From the NCBI GenBank assembly GCA_964016885.1, contig OZ024742.1, forward strand, positions 33,728,001 to 33,792,000: DNA of 64,000 nt. The letters are read 5' to 3'. This DNA is from Eledone cirrhosa (lineage: Eukaryota). Positions 52,135 to 64,000 of this stretch are shown one piece after another (the first letter of the stretch is position 1; every line of letters starts with the position of its first letter). A program made the position numbers and the translations under genes. The notes beneath the pieces are model-generated. The model saw only the letters and a program-made list of their open reading frames with translations. It was not told the origin of the DNA and did no database searches.

Positions 52135-53140
52135 TGTATGTATGTATGTATGTATGTATGTATGTATGTGTATGTATGTATGTTCTTCTGGTTTTATAAT
52201 TTCACAAATTTTTGCCAATAGAGAGAGAGAGTCGGTTTTTAACATAGACACAAGACTCTCTCATTGGAATTTACACAACATCAACTAGATAGATATGTAT
52301 GTCTGCATGCATGTGTTTATATGGATGTTATTGTATGTGTGGATGTGGATGTTTTAAGTTGTATGTGTGTATGTGTATGATTTGTATCTGTAATGTGTAT
52401 ATATGTGTATATGTATGTATGTTTTATGTATGTATGTATGTATGTATGTATGTATGTATGTATGTATGTATGTATTATGTATGCATTATTATTATGTATG
52501 TATTATTATCAAAGGGCAAAGGAGCTCTTAAGAGTCAATTGCCATCCAAATTCAACGGGAGAGATGACCCCTTAGCCTTTGTCAAGGCAGAATTCTAGGA
52601 GAAGGAAAACTCTGATATAACACTTGCAATCCTGATGGTATCCAATGATGTTGACTTGTTCTTCTTTTATGTAAATATCATCTTGGTTAAGAGAGTGGGA
52701 CTGGCTTTGTGCAGTACCTTTGATCACTATAAAAGCTTCACGGCACAGGCATTGCTTTATATCTGGAGATCTCTCTGCACTTGTCGTCACATGGTACCAT
52801 GGGCCCAGCACTACGTGCCAATAATTGTCACAAGTGTAGTGTTTGTACCAGTGTTTTCAAGTCGCTGGCTGGACTAAAAAGTCACAAAAGTTCAGCGCAT
52901 CGGTAGGGGTTCTCCTACATGGATATAAAGTAGTGGCCGTACTCGAAAACGAGTTGGCAGCCACCATGTATTATGTATGTATGTATGTTTGTACTCTCTT
53001 TCTCTTAATTTTGTTTTTACTTTTGACCGGCCACCTTCCCGGTGGCAAGGTTGTAAAGAAAAGTTTTGTCGTTATTGTTTAAGCATTCATCCTTTGAATC
53101 GTTAGATTGTTTTATAAAACTTGAAGCTTCCAGAGACCGT
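51563..53140. mobile_element. (TATG)n nest: RTE-derived (+51563-51966), R4 family A 3'UTR (-52183-52410), RTE-derived (+52509-52967), R4 family B 3' end (-52993-53140)
   Basis: Each piece matches copies described above. Confidence 0.83.
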
Positions 53141-53310
53141 TATTTTTCAGGTTCTTTACATACTGAGCTCAAATCCCTTGAGGTTAACTTTGCCTTTCAT
53201 CCTTTCGGGGTCAATAAAGTAAAGTATCAGTCAAGTACTGGGGTCAATGTATTCGACTTTCCTCATTCCCCAAATTGTTGATTTTGTGCTTAAATTAGAA
53301 ACAATTATTG
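53140..53310 (+). mobile_element. tRNA-derived SINE
   Basis: gagctcaaatcc..gaggttaactttgcctttcatcctttcggggtcaataa. Confidence 0.75.
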
Positions 53311-54093
53311 CAAAACCTCGATGAATGCATTTGACATAAGATATTTGCAACACTCTAGTAATTTTGTAAAAACCAATTAAATATTTTTTGTTTGGTATAA
53401 AGATAATTAACACTGTTGCAAATCACACTATATAATATACATTTTTGATCTAGCTTAACAATTATAAAATAAACTCTCATGGTATTTAAAATTCATTGCC
53501 AAGCATGTGTATACACTATAACTGTTTGGTAATTAAAGCCTAGTTTAGTAAATCTAATAATTAAGAATTCTCAACTGTATACGTAATGATCTTGTTTAAT
53601 TGCTAACAGGTCGTAATTACTGCAACTATAATTCCCACAATTTCAACATGCAGATTTAGAGCTCAGTATTCACTGTAAGAGAGTAATATACACGCACAAA
53701 CTATTTACTACCCATGTAAATATTGGGTATTGGAGCATTGTTAATTACGACGACGAGTGTTCCAGTTGTTTGTCTACTCATGAAAGTAATGTACATAATT
53801 CTTAGGAAGATTTATTGTGGGATAAAGTTGTCCCTTTGGATAACAACATATCCAAAATAACAACGTATTTTTTCCAGTTGAATGGATCCGAATAACATAA
53901 GATATAGTGTCTTGCTCAAGGCAAAAAAACCCCGCATTTCTGGAAACCAAACTCTCGAACTTATGATCGTTGGCTGGTCAAACAATGTAACCACTAAGCC
54001 AAGCTCGTAAACATACTACACATGGATATATTATATGAGTGATTATTAGCAAATTAGATACATCTCACAATCCTTAATCTCTCTCCCCCTCTC

Positions 54094-54129
<36 letters not shown>

Positions 54130-54133
<4 letters not shown>

Positions 54134-54924
54134 ACACTAAGGACTCAATTTATTCATATATAGGAGCTACCTCTAACAAATTTAAGGTAAGATTTAATAC
54201 CCACAAACATAGTTTTAAAAATGCCGCACTAGCTAATACAACATCTCTAGCTGAAATAATAAATAGTTATAGAAAGAGGAATATAGAATATGACCTGACC
54301 TGGAGTGTGCTCAAAAGGGCCACCCCTTATCAAAATAGTAGAAATGAATGTAGATTATGTTCCCAAGAACTTTTTGAAATAATGAAATCTAAGGATATCC
54401 TATTAAATAAGCGACAGGAATTAATAATATCGTGTAATCATAAACTAAGAAAAACCTTTAAATATTATAAACCTAATTAATATACACTTTAGAAATTAAT
54501 TTATAAATTATTTTTAATTTAGTTAACCTATAATTAATATTCTACTACTGATGAACTACATAATTCTGCTTTAAAAATTATAAACCTAATTAATATACAC
54601 TTTAGAAATTAATATATAAACTATTTTTAATTTAGTTAACCTATAATTAATATTCTACTACTGATGAACTACATAATTTTGCTTTCCTTCTTACAAATAT
54701 CATTTCCTAAAACTGATACCATTAAGTAAACATATATAATGCTTTAACTTTAGGTTATGACTCTATGTTCCTTGAAAACTATATATATTTACTATTTCTC
54801 ACTAATAAATTTAATCCCCCCCCCAATAATTATATGTATATATAAGTGTATATGTGTGTGTATGTGTATGTGTATGTATGTATATGTGCATGTATATATC
54901 TATGTATATATATATATATGTATA

Positions 54925-54959
<35 letters not shown>

Positions 54960-55937
54960 GTGTGTATGTGTGTGTGTGTATGTGTATACATATGTATATA
55001 TGTATGTATGTGTAAGTGTATATATATATATATATAATATATATATGTATGTATGTGTATATATATATGTGTATATATATATATATGTATAAGTATATAT
55101 ATATATATATTATTTTTATATTCTTTTAATTTCCCCTCATCTTTAACAGCACCTTTCAACTGCATCTAACTCTTATTTATCATATCTATATGTATTAGTA
55201 TAATTTTATCAATATAAATTATACCCATCAACTAAATTAATTTATATTCCTTTCATAGATGTATTTTTTTCACTAACATTCTTATCTTAAAACTTTAGTC
55301 ACCTTAGATATTTGTATTGGCATTACTATTTTATAACAGCAACTGCTTGTATACCTTTTACTGACCACTTGACCTAGTTTCACCCCTAAAATAAGCTTCA
55401 ATTACTACTATTTTACCATTTGGCCAATTATTAACTTTCTATTGGTTAATTCTAAACCTCTTACCATACAAACAGAATATATTAGATCTTTGTTGGTTTT
55501 ATTCAATGAACAAATAAAATTATTTCTGAGGTCAGCATAAGACCTATTTCTTCCCTAAAATAATCCTTCATTCATAATATTCTTTTCCATCCAAAACTGA
55601 AATCTACCTTCCTCTACCCATAATTTAAGGTTCTTCTACTACTATATTACTATCCTGACCCTCACTATCTCTCTATTGGTCAATTCAAAACCTGTTCCCA
55701 AACAGACCTATTGTATTGAATCTTTGTTTTTTTCAATAAACAAATATCATTATTTCTGAAGACAGCATATATATGTGTAGGTATGTATATTCCCTCTGAT
55801 AGTTTGTATAAATATTGTACATAGATCTATAGAATATGCATACCAACTCTAACACATATATATCCTGGAAACGATCGTAAAATGATGAATTATTTTAATA
55901 TAAGGAACTGTTTCTTTGTTTATTCATTATTTTATTA

Positions 55938-55940
<3 letters not shown>
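54130..55940 (+). mobile_element. 5'-truncated Penelope-like element between two (TA)n tracts: GIY-YIG C-terminus, long 3'UTR/pLTR, hammerhead
   Basis: 54130-54480 is an open frame without an N-terminal ATG (absent from the track): VNTKDSIYSYIGATSNKFKVRFNTHKHSF...LTWSVLKRATPY...CRLCSQE...LLNKRQELIISCNH...*; ~113-bp tandem duplication at 54458-54683. Confidence 0.85.
55747..55888 (+). ncRNA. Type I hammerhead with 105-nt stem II
   Basis: tcattattt-CTGAAGA-cag..atatatatgtgt..ggtatgtatattc...gaatatgcatacc..acacatatatat..ctg-GAAACGATCGTA-aaatgatga. Confidence 0.8.
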
Positions 55941-56024
<84 letters not shown>

Positions 56025-56277
56025 TACTGATACCAAATGTCCATCTATGCACGCCATAAGAGTTGCACTTGGTGAGATTTATGGCTGGATAACCATAGTA
56101 AGATAATTGGCCAAATCGGAAAACGAAATTCCGCAAAGATTTTAATTATATATAATATATATGCAAACATACACACATCTTTCTCTCACTCACTCACTCT
56201 CTATCCCCTCTCTCCCTCTCTATATATATGTTTATATACATGTTTATATATATATATATATATATGTTTATATACAT

Positions 56278-56361
<84 letters not shown>

Positions 56362-56397
56362 TATATATATAAACATGTATATAAACATATATATAAA

Positions 56398-56582
56398 ATA
56401 ATTGTTTCTACTTTAGGCACAAGGCCAGCAATTACCCAGTGCATTACTGGTACTTTATTTTATCGACCCCGTAAGGATGAAAGGCAAAGTCAACCTCGGC
56501 GGGATTTGAACTCAGATCGTAAAGGGACGTAACTATGCTGGAAAGCATGACGTCCGACCCTCTACCGATACTGCCAATCCAC
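56398..56582 (-). mobile_element. tRNA-derived SINE, near full length
   Basis: A/B boxes and family body; near-identical to 57966-58152. Confidence 0.82.
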
Positions 56583-57537
56583 CAACATATATATAAAATA
56601 ATACAGATACAATATAGACACAAACACATATATATAGTTTATCATAAATCTTTCGTTGCACATCTGCAACATCGTCAGTGGTTCTATTGTTTCCTCCTGT
56701 TGAATTGTATGGCTACGCCATTTTTATTCAGTCTGTCTGTCTATATATTTATTTATTTATTTGCTTGTTTGTTTATTTTATTTTGTCTTCTTTGCGCATG
56801 CGTTTGCGTGTGTGTATAGTGTTTTGTTTGATGTGTGATGTGTGTTTGTGATTGGGTGACTAATGTGTGTTTATGTGTTTGTTGTTATTGTGCTTGTGTA
56901 TGTATTTATTTATTTATTTATTTTATTTTATTTTATTTACTTATTTATACTTCTCTGCAAAACCCTAACAAATATCTAAATCAGCAGTTCCCAACCTATG
57001 GTTTTCAGACACTTAGGGTTATCCAAGAGTAGTATTGGAGTTCCTTCAGGTATAAAGAACGGGAGCCGAACGTCAAAGCGTACCAAGGAAACTATTTTTC
57101 CATTGCTTTTTCTATTGTTGATACTAAATGCTGTTGTTAGCAAAGAGTCGGATCAAATTCCAAAATTCATACGACCATCCAATTCGCCACCTTTGTGTTG
57201 AGTAGATATATCTCTCAGAAATCTATGTCCAGTAGGAAAATTCATTAAAGTTAACGGAGTCTTTGGCAGTGTAAAGACTGGGAACTATTCAAGTAAATTT
57301 TTGTCAGCTTTCTTTTATGAAAAAAGAAAACAAAAAAAAACAACAAACAACAAAACAACAAACAAACAAAAAACATTCATTCAACATTAAAATACATAAT
57401 TTGAAAGATTTGAAATGTATTTGTTTTTGCTGTGGCAACTTTTCACAACAATAGTAAATATATATAAAATTTTCAAACGTATCGGTGTTTTCACATAATT
57501 TTGAATAATCAAAGCAAGAGAACAGCAACATTTTTAC

Positions 57538-57614
57538 CTTATCATTGTCGTGGCTAAATCAAAGATATCTTTATTTCTTTGTGCTGGTTGGTTTCTCCGA
57601 AGAGCTTTGGTAGA
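57538..57614 (-). CDS. Candidate small internal exon (STKALRRNQPAQRNKDIFDLATTMI)
   Basis: Minus strand ttttccacttttgcag| ... ataag|gtaaaa; 77 nt, one open frame; same strand as the terminal exon. Confidence 0.35.
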
Positions 57615-57922
57615 CTGCAAAAGTGGAAAAACACACACAAAAAGATAAAAAACGGAATTGAGGTTTTTGTTGTAACTGACCTAATTAATTTATATTTTAT
57701 TAAATTTAATAAACCGAATCCCAAGCATGCATACGTTTATGCGTACGTGTGTGTGTGCAATTGTGTGAGTATGTGTTTGTGTGTAATTGTGTGTTATACA
57801 TGTGGTTATTGTAATTTTGTAGTTTACCGTGTATTTCCTAGGTTCTAAGAGGCCCACTTATTCGAGGTTGGTGCCGAGGATGTTACACAGCCATATGCGC
57901 CAAAAATCATACATCAGCTGCA

Positions 57923-57965
<43 letters not shown>

Positions 57966-57970
<5 letters not shown>

Positions 57971-58152
57971 GTTTCTACTTTTGGCACACGGCCAGCAATT
58001 ATTCAGTGTATTACTGGTACTTTATTTTATCGACCCCGTAAGGATGAAAGGCAAAGTTAACCTCGGCGGGATTTGAACTCAGACGATAAAGGGACGTAAC
58101 TCTTTGCTGCAAAGCATGGCGTCCGACCCTCTATCGATACTGCCAATCCACC
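57966..58152 (-). mobile_element. tRNA-derived SINE
   Basis: As 56398-56582. Confidence 0.82.
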
Positions 58153-58236
58153 GGTTGGAGCTATCCAGGAAGCTCCAACCGTTAAGGTTGTCTTTTTTTC
58201 CGGGTATGTCAATATTTATTTATAAAACAAATCTGT

Positions 58237-58300
58237 ATTTTATCTGATGAAAGCGCACCATAATTTACCTTGGTTGCCCTTAAAATATGTATAATAAAAT
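58237..58300 (+). ncRNA. Degenerate hammerhead (G12 to A)
   Basis: attttat-CTGATGA-aagcgcacca...tggttgccctt-AAAATATGTATA-ataaaat; 7-bp stem I; (TA)n ~130 bp downstream. Confidence 0.55.
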
Positions 58301-58430
58301 AAATATGGCTTTATAAATATAGTTTCCATTTATTAATATATTGTGTATTTACTCCACTAAATTGTTGAGTGCTTTATATCAGTTATAAAAAATCTTTAAG
58401 CTTGTTGAATCCCAACAAATTAAATATAAC

Positions 58431-58497
<67 letters not shown>

Positions 58498-58551
58498 TAT
58501 ATATGTATATATTAATAATAATAATAAATGTGACGACTAAAATCCAAAGAG

Positions 58552-58617
58552 GGTTCGGTAAGGATAAATAAATCTTCGCTTTTTTCCGTTCTTTGCCAGG
58601 GAACGTCTTCACGAACC
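58552..58617 (-). ncRNA. Degenerate hammerhead
   Basis: Minus: ggttc-gTGAAGA-cgttc cctggcaaa gaacg-GAAA...ctTA-ccgaacc; between (TA)n tracts. Confidence 0.45.
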
Positions 58618-58732
58618 AAAGTATCGTCTTCCTGTTTTCATTTGGTTGCAGCGTTTTACGAAATATTTACTTTTGCGTTCACAGATTGATTTTTTTAGTT
58701 TCAGAAGATCCCGTTAAGGGTGAAAAAATATA

Positions 58733-58784
<52 letters not shown>

Positions 58785-59699
58785 CATTGAAGGGTATGCA
58801 GACAATTCAAAGGTACCTGTTTCATAAATATCCCCGAAGCGTTTTGTCCGACGCTCTAACGATCTTCTAATCCACCAGCCTTGTTATTTTCATAATAATA
58901 AGTTTAGTAAATCGATTAGATTTTAAACATTCTAATGTATAAATAATATCTTATAGCGTAAGAGGGTGATAGATTGGCAGAACTGCCAGAACGTCGGATA
59001 AAGAGTACATGTCTGTGTTTGTTCTGGTTCTTTAAAATCCAGCCAGGGTCAACTTCGCCTTTTATCTGCCTGGGTTCGATAAAATAGAGAACAATCTAGT
59101 ACAGTGGTTCATTTAATCACCAGTGCACTTTCCCCAAATCTCACCTTTATCTCGTCTTTCTGAAACAACTTGGCAAAGTCTCTATTCCTAACGATATGTA
59201 TTATCTCACGTGCTGTGCTCTGGGGAGATACTAGTTGTTCGCTATTCAGAATTCTGAAGAATCTCTGTAAAATATAAAATTTTAAAACATTAGAAACATA
59301 AATTTGAATAAATCGAAATTATAAATATAAGAACAAAAGACAGCGTTAATTAAAACTACTGTAAAAAAACAGCAAGGAAGAGAATTTCGATACTTCAATG
59401 TGCGCATGTATGCATGTGCGTGTGTGTGAGTGAATGTATATGTGCATGTGTGTAAATTGTTTAGTTGTGGCCCCCCCCCATAGACTTTAGTTAACTTAAC
59501 TGTGAATGGAAACTGGATTCCACGTTTTTTTTAACTTTAATGCTTAGAAAGACGAATCGATTATGAAGAGAATTGAGGATATCATAGCATCGCAGTAAAG
59601 AGAAAAAAAAAATGAAGGGTGGTTTGTTTAGTTAAATGATTGCGTATACCCCTAATTAATATATGCAATCATAACGTTATATATATATATATATATATA

Positions 59700-60090
59700 T
59701 ATATTAATAAAAGGAATTCCAGCTTTGTCTGATTTACTCGTTTTATTTACAATCCTTTAAAATGTATAATGGTATTAGAATGAAATAGTATGGTAGAATA
59801 TTAAATGTTAAGTGTTAATTGAACAAGTACTTTCATACTTTCGCAATCTTCAGGTTCATATTCTGTGGTGAGAGTCAAGTTTGCAATTTTCAACAGTTGA
59901 AAATTGCAAACTTGACTCTCACCACAGAATATGAACCTGAAGATTGCGAAAGTATGAAAGTACTTGTTCAATTAACACTTAACATTTAATATTCTACCAT
60001 ACTATTTCATTCTAATACCATTATACATTTTAAAGGATTGTAAATAAAACAAGTAAATCAGACAAAGCTGGAATTCCTTTTATTAATATA
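59700..60090. repeat. Near-perfect ~390-bp palindrome centred at 59895 with two divergent hammerheads
   Basis: Arms are reverse complements with a 1-nt centre and one visible mismatch. Confidence 0.92.
59932..59970 (+). ncRNA. 39-nt type I minimal hammerhead (mirror at 59820-59858, minus)
   Basis: tgaac-CTGAAGA-t tgc gaaa gta t-GAAAGTACTT-gttca; palindromic stem III AGTACT; CUU site. Confidence 0.78.
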
Positions 60091-60157
60091 ATCTTCTATA
60101 CACAATCATACACACCCGTGTATATTTATATATATATATATATATCTATATATATAT

Positions 60158-61110
60158 TAGGGTGGCCCTTAGCAATAGATAATTTTCCGAAAGTTAAAAT
60201 GCTCCTGCTCCCAACCCCTAATTATGTTTCAATGAGCATAAACAAGGGGTGTGCAAAATTTCAACTGTTAGGCGACCCTCAAACGTCTTGAAGTTGGAAC
60301 ATAGTAAACGCAACGATTAATTCTGTTCAAAAGCGGTATACTGTTCCCTATCTCGACTATTTTCTTTTTTCTTCTCAGAGAAATTTATGTGGACACATCC
60401 AGGCAACCCCAGCAAATGTTTAAAAACGTTCTGAATCAAATTTACCAATAAATAATTTGAAAAATTCCTGAAATAACATGAAAAACTTAAGAAATATTAG
60501 GTTTTCTTAATAAAGCACACAACTTCTATAAGAGAAACGCATTTTTATTTACAACAATAATTGCTATAGAATCAAAAACATAATGAGAACACTTCTCACA
60601 AAAGGTGAAAGTGAGAAACAATTTGTTTTACAGATCGTTACTGAAAACCGTAAAACCTACTCAACTGTCACTAAATCCTCTCTTATGCAAAAATAATTGT
60701 TTCTACTTTAGGCACAAGGCCAGCAATTACCCAGTGCAAAGTACCAGTAATGCACTGAATAAATTGCTGGCTTTGTGCCTAAAGTAGAAACAATTATTTT
60801 TGCATAAGAGAGGATTTAGTGACAGTTGAGTAGGTTTTACGGTTTTCGGTGACGATCTGTAAAACAAATTGTTTCTCAGTTTCACCTTTTGTGAGAATGT
60901 TATTTTAATCCTGAATGAGTTTGACACCGCTTTCTGCAACATCATTCACAACAACTGTCTCCTCAAGCTTTTCAAGTTCACTTTTGTAATCAGGTTCATC
61001 CTTCCACGTCAAGGAATTCGGTACTGATAGAAAATCTCGCGAAGAAAGTTTTTTGTACCAGTAGTTACAAAGACGAAAACTCAATGTTTGTAAAGGAAGA
61101 AAAGTCATTT
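60158..61110 (-). mobile_element. Probable hATm-like DNA transposon remnant (terminus plus transposase C-terminal fragment) containing a fold-back at 60593-60898
   Basis: Terminus ttagggtggccctta at 60157; minus ORF FLSVP..TWKDEPDY...VVVNDVAESGVKLIQD. The superfamily assignment is from memory of this motif and TIR. Confidence 0.55.
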
Positions 61111-61394
61111 TGGTGCAGAAGGTACCTCTTCAGTTGATTTTTTTCTATTTGTTCTTCTTCACCTTTGTCTGCTTCAAGCATAAGATGAACAATATTTACC
61201 TTAACCTCTCATTGCTCTCATTTTATCCTTGCTCTCCCTACTCTCCCTGCTCTCTTTTTCGCATTTGCTATACTTGCTCTCCTTTCTCTCCTTGTTCTCC
61301 CTTTCTCCTTGTATCTATGTACTTGTTTATATACAAATACAATGAGAAAAGGGGAGCAAGGAGAAATATGAAAGCAAGGATATATACATACAAA

Positions 61395-61450
<56 letters not shown>

Positions 61451-61531
61451 ATATCCAACGATAATCTATCTATAAGGAAAAAAGATGAAATCGAAAATGC
61501 AACTGGTGTCTTTTTAAGAATATTTATTTGT

Positions 61532-61575
61532 TTCCTTTACCGGTTTCACAGTTCTTATGTTTTTCAAAAGTAGAA
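61532..61575 (-). ncRNA. Type I hammerhead, U3-A8 variant
   Basis: ttctactt-TTGAAAA-aca taagaac tgt-GAAACCGGTA-aaggaa; stem II pairing retained despite sequence differences from 20887-20930. Confidence 0.55.
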
Positions 61576-61679
61576 TTGTGATGGAGGCTTTGTGGTTTTT
61601 CTCGCATCTGGTTGGTGTTCGGATGTTACTTCTGTTTTATGTGAAATAAAGTGGCTCAAAATGCTAGGTTTTTTAGAAA

Positions 61680-62060
61680 AGCAATTTGGTCGGTTGATGA
61701 CTGTCACGTGAATAAGTATAATAGATTTCGCGCCAGTTCACGTTACAAAGTTCTTATTGTATTTGCCTTTATAAAAAATGTGTGTGTGTGGGGTGGGTAG
61801 GAGGTGGTGGGACTGGGGTCTCAGATTGTTTTTTCATATATGAGTGAAATGTGATTGGTTGATGCAGTCATGTGAATAAGCACATCAACTTTCGCGCCAG
61901 TTCGTGTTTGAGGGTTCTTTATTGTCATTTCCACTTAAAAAGTGGCTAAAAAATGTTTTTTTTTTTTTTTGATAAATGTAATTTGATTGGTTATGACTGT
62001 CACGTGAATAAGTACATTAAATTTCGCGCCAGTTCGTATTTGGTGGTTCTTTGTAGCCGT
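61680..62060. repeat. Three diverged direct repeats containing attggtt, CACGTG and TTTCGCGCC motifs
   Basis: ggttgatgactgtcacgtgaataagta...tttcgcgccagttc at ~61690, 61855, 61985; related reverse copy at ~35535-35605. Confidence 0.75.
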
Positions 62061-62639
62061 TTTCACAGTCACATGATTTGTCATAGAGAGTTTTGTGCCA
62101 AACAAAAGATAATGGTAAAAAAAAAAGGGATGGGAAGAATTGATCTAGTTCAGTGAGTGTGGCTGATTCGCTGAAGTGTCAAAATTCAGACTTTCTATTG
62201 AAATAAAGAAAATAGAGATGTATATTTTTATTTGTGTGCTGATGTGTGTGCGTGTGTGTGTAGGAAAATGATTCCATTAGTAGAATTTGAAAAGGGAGTT
62301 ATGTGTGTATGGGTGTTATATGTGTGTGTGTATGTGTGGGGGTATGGTTTGCATGTTAAGGTGGTGACAGGGTAGAGAATATATATATTTGTGTGTGTGT
62401 GTGTAGGAAAATGATTCCATTAGTAGAAATGGGGGAGGGAGTGATGTGTGTGTGTATGGGTGTTATATGTGTGTGTGAGGGGTATGGTTAGCATGTTAGA
62501 ATATTAACGTATGTTAAGGTCTATTTAGCTATGGTTTTTATTTTCGAATATAGAAGAGGGTGTTATGTGTGTGTATGTATGTCTCTGTTTGAATGGTTAG
62601 CATGTTATGGTGTTAACATATTAATGTATATTAAACTAT

Positions 62640-62800
62640 ATTTGACCAATCCCCTTAACTACAATCTTCCCATATAAGGAAGTTCCCCTTGTAAAGTTCG
62701 GCTATTTATTTACCAAACTAAAAAACCTTTTACATTAGTCCAGAATTAGCCGTCGAAACGGCTTGAGCTCTGCCGTCGGGGTCATACTTTCTCCTATTAC
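62640..62800 (+). mobile_element. Third copy of the U3-A8 hammerhead family (core mutated, TTGTAAA), ending in (TA)n
   Basis: Matches 37275-37432. Confidence 0.75.
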
Positions 62801-62801
62801 C

Positions 62802-62832
<31 letters not shown>

Positions 62833-62910
62833 ATGTATATATATATACATATTACTCAATACCGAGTACTCCTTTCTCTCAGCTGTCAACCACATACGGA
62901 TATATGTATA

Positions 62911-63287
62911 TTAGGGTGGCCATTAGCAATAGGTAATTTTCCGAAAGTTAAAATTGTGCTACTCCAACAGCGAAGCATATCTGTTTGCCCTATACTTGCG
63001 CTCTATCCCCAGCTTTGCAAGTTGCCTTCCCCATTATATTTATTGTCACTTATCCTTCTAATACCATGAATAAGTCTGAACAAGTTTTTAATTTAAGAGA
63101 AAATTATATGAGTGATAAAAATGACTTTCCGGGAAAAAACTTCAAAGTTTCACGGTCGATGAGGGTCGCCTTGTAGTTGTCAGCTTGAGCTAGAGTTTTG
63201 CATAGATTGGTTGTTTATTAATTAAAACAAGATAGGGGGGATGGGAGCTAAACGTTTAGAAAGTTGAAAATAAGGGCCACCCTAATA
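62911..63287. mobile_element. MITE-like element with ttagggtggcc(a/c)tta terminal inverted repeats
   Basis: Left end matches 60157-60212; right end taagggccaccctaa at 63271-63285. Confidence 0.6.
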
Positions 63288-63299
63288 TAAAATAAGGGC

Positions 63300-64000
63300 C
63301 CGAGGATAGGAAGAGGAAATGGCTAGACCATTTTGGGACCCTACTAGGAGAGCCGTCCTCCACAGCCCAGAGCACTGGGGATATCAGGCGGCTGTTTGAA
63401 GAACTGGATATTGAGACAGAGCCCTTCACCAGAGAGGAGCTTTAGAAAGCCAAGAAGAAGATCAAGGAGGGCAAGGCTCATGGAGAAGATGGAGTGGCAT
63501 CAGAGGTGATGAAGAGGTGTGATTTTGATGATATCACTCTGGGGTTCTGTAACCAGGCACTGGAGAAAGGAGTTGCCCCGAATCAGTGAAGGATCAGTAA
63601 CATCGTCCCAGTGCCAAAGAAGGGAGATCTCTCTAACACCAACAACTACAAGGCGATCTCACTGACGTCACTTGTGGCAAAGACCCTCAACAGGATGATT
63701 CTTAACAGGATCCAGCCTGAGATGGAGAAGAGGCTCAGGGACAACCAGAACGGCTTCAGAGAGGGAAGATCAACCACCAGTCACATCCTAATGCTGAGGA
63801 GGATATTAGAGGGAGCTAGAGCAAAGTGCCTTCCTGCAGCCAGGGTTTTCATTGAGTTTAGGAAGGCCTTTGATTCTGTGGACCGTCACTACCTGGTGAA
63901 GATCTTACAGGCCTATGGAATTCCCAAGAAGATAGTGGACCTCGTATCACTGCTCTACACCAACACCAATGCCCAAGTCATTACACCTGATGGGATGACA
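63300..64000 (+). mobile_element. RTE-like LINE reverse transcriptase fragment with in-frame stops; runs off the window
   Basis: PFTREEL*KAKKKIKEGKAHGEDG...IVPVPKKGDLSNTNNYKAISLTS...NQNGFREGRST...FIEFRKAFDSVDR...YGIP. Confidence 0.88.

Noticed and set aside
54545-54670. Two CTGATGA motifs in the 113-bp duplication
   Set aside because: No downstream GAAA and stem III in register.

Overview
Eukaryotic, AT-rich, microsatellite-saturated animal DNA. The repeat content suggests a coleoid cephalopod such as Octopus (inference). It is mostly intron or intergenic sequence of a probable minus-strand host gene, whose ~1.2 kb terminal coding exon lies at 3500-4709. Nearly all short ORFs in the track are translations of (TA)n, (CA)n and (TATG)n arrays. 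Two microsatellite-centred retroelement communities dominate. (1) (TATG)n arrays hold a near full-length R4/Dong-like RLE LINE (6327-10442), many 5'-truncated copies of two R4-like families (all minus strand), and a ~610-bp non-autonomous RTE-derived element with a (TGTA)n tail (all plus strand). (2) (TA)n arrays hold Penelope-like elements (RT and GIY-YIG remnants) and non-coding fold-back derivatives. By eye these carry about 20 type-I hammerhead ribozyme motifs from roughly a dozen unrelated sequence families. They include inverted pairs, U3-A8 and C4 core variants, a 105-nt stem II, and one ~440-nt unit present as a circular permutation (retrozyme/circRNA-like). Also present: tRNA-derived SINEs, CRE-like and RTE fragments, a probable hATm-like DNA transposon remnant, a degenerate initiator tRNA-Met, and 33-bp and 28-bp minisatellites. 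All structures were read manually; no folding or database search was run.
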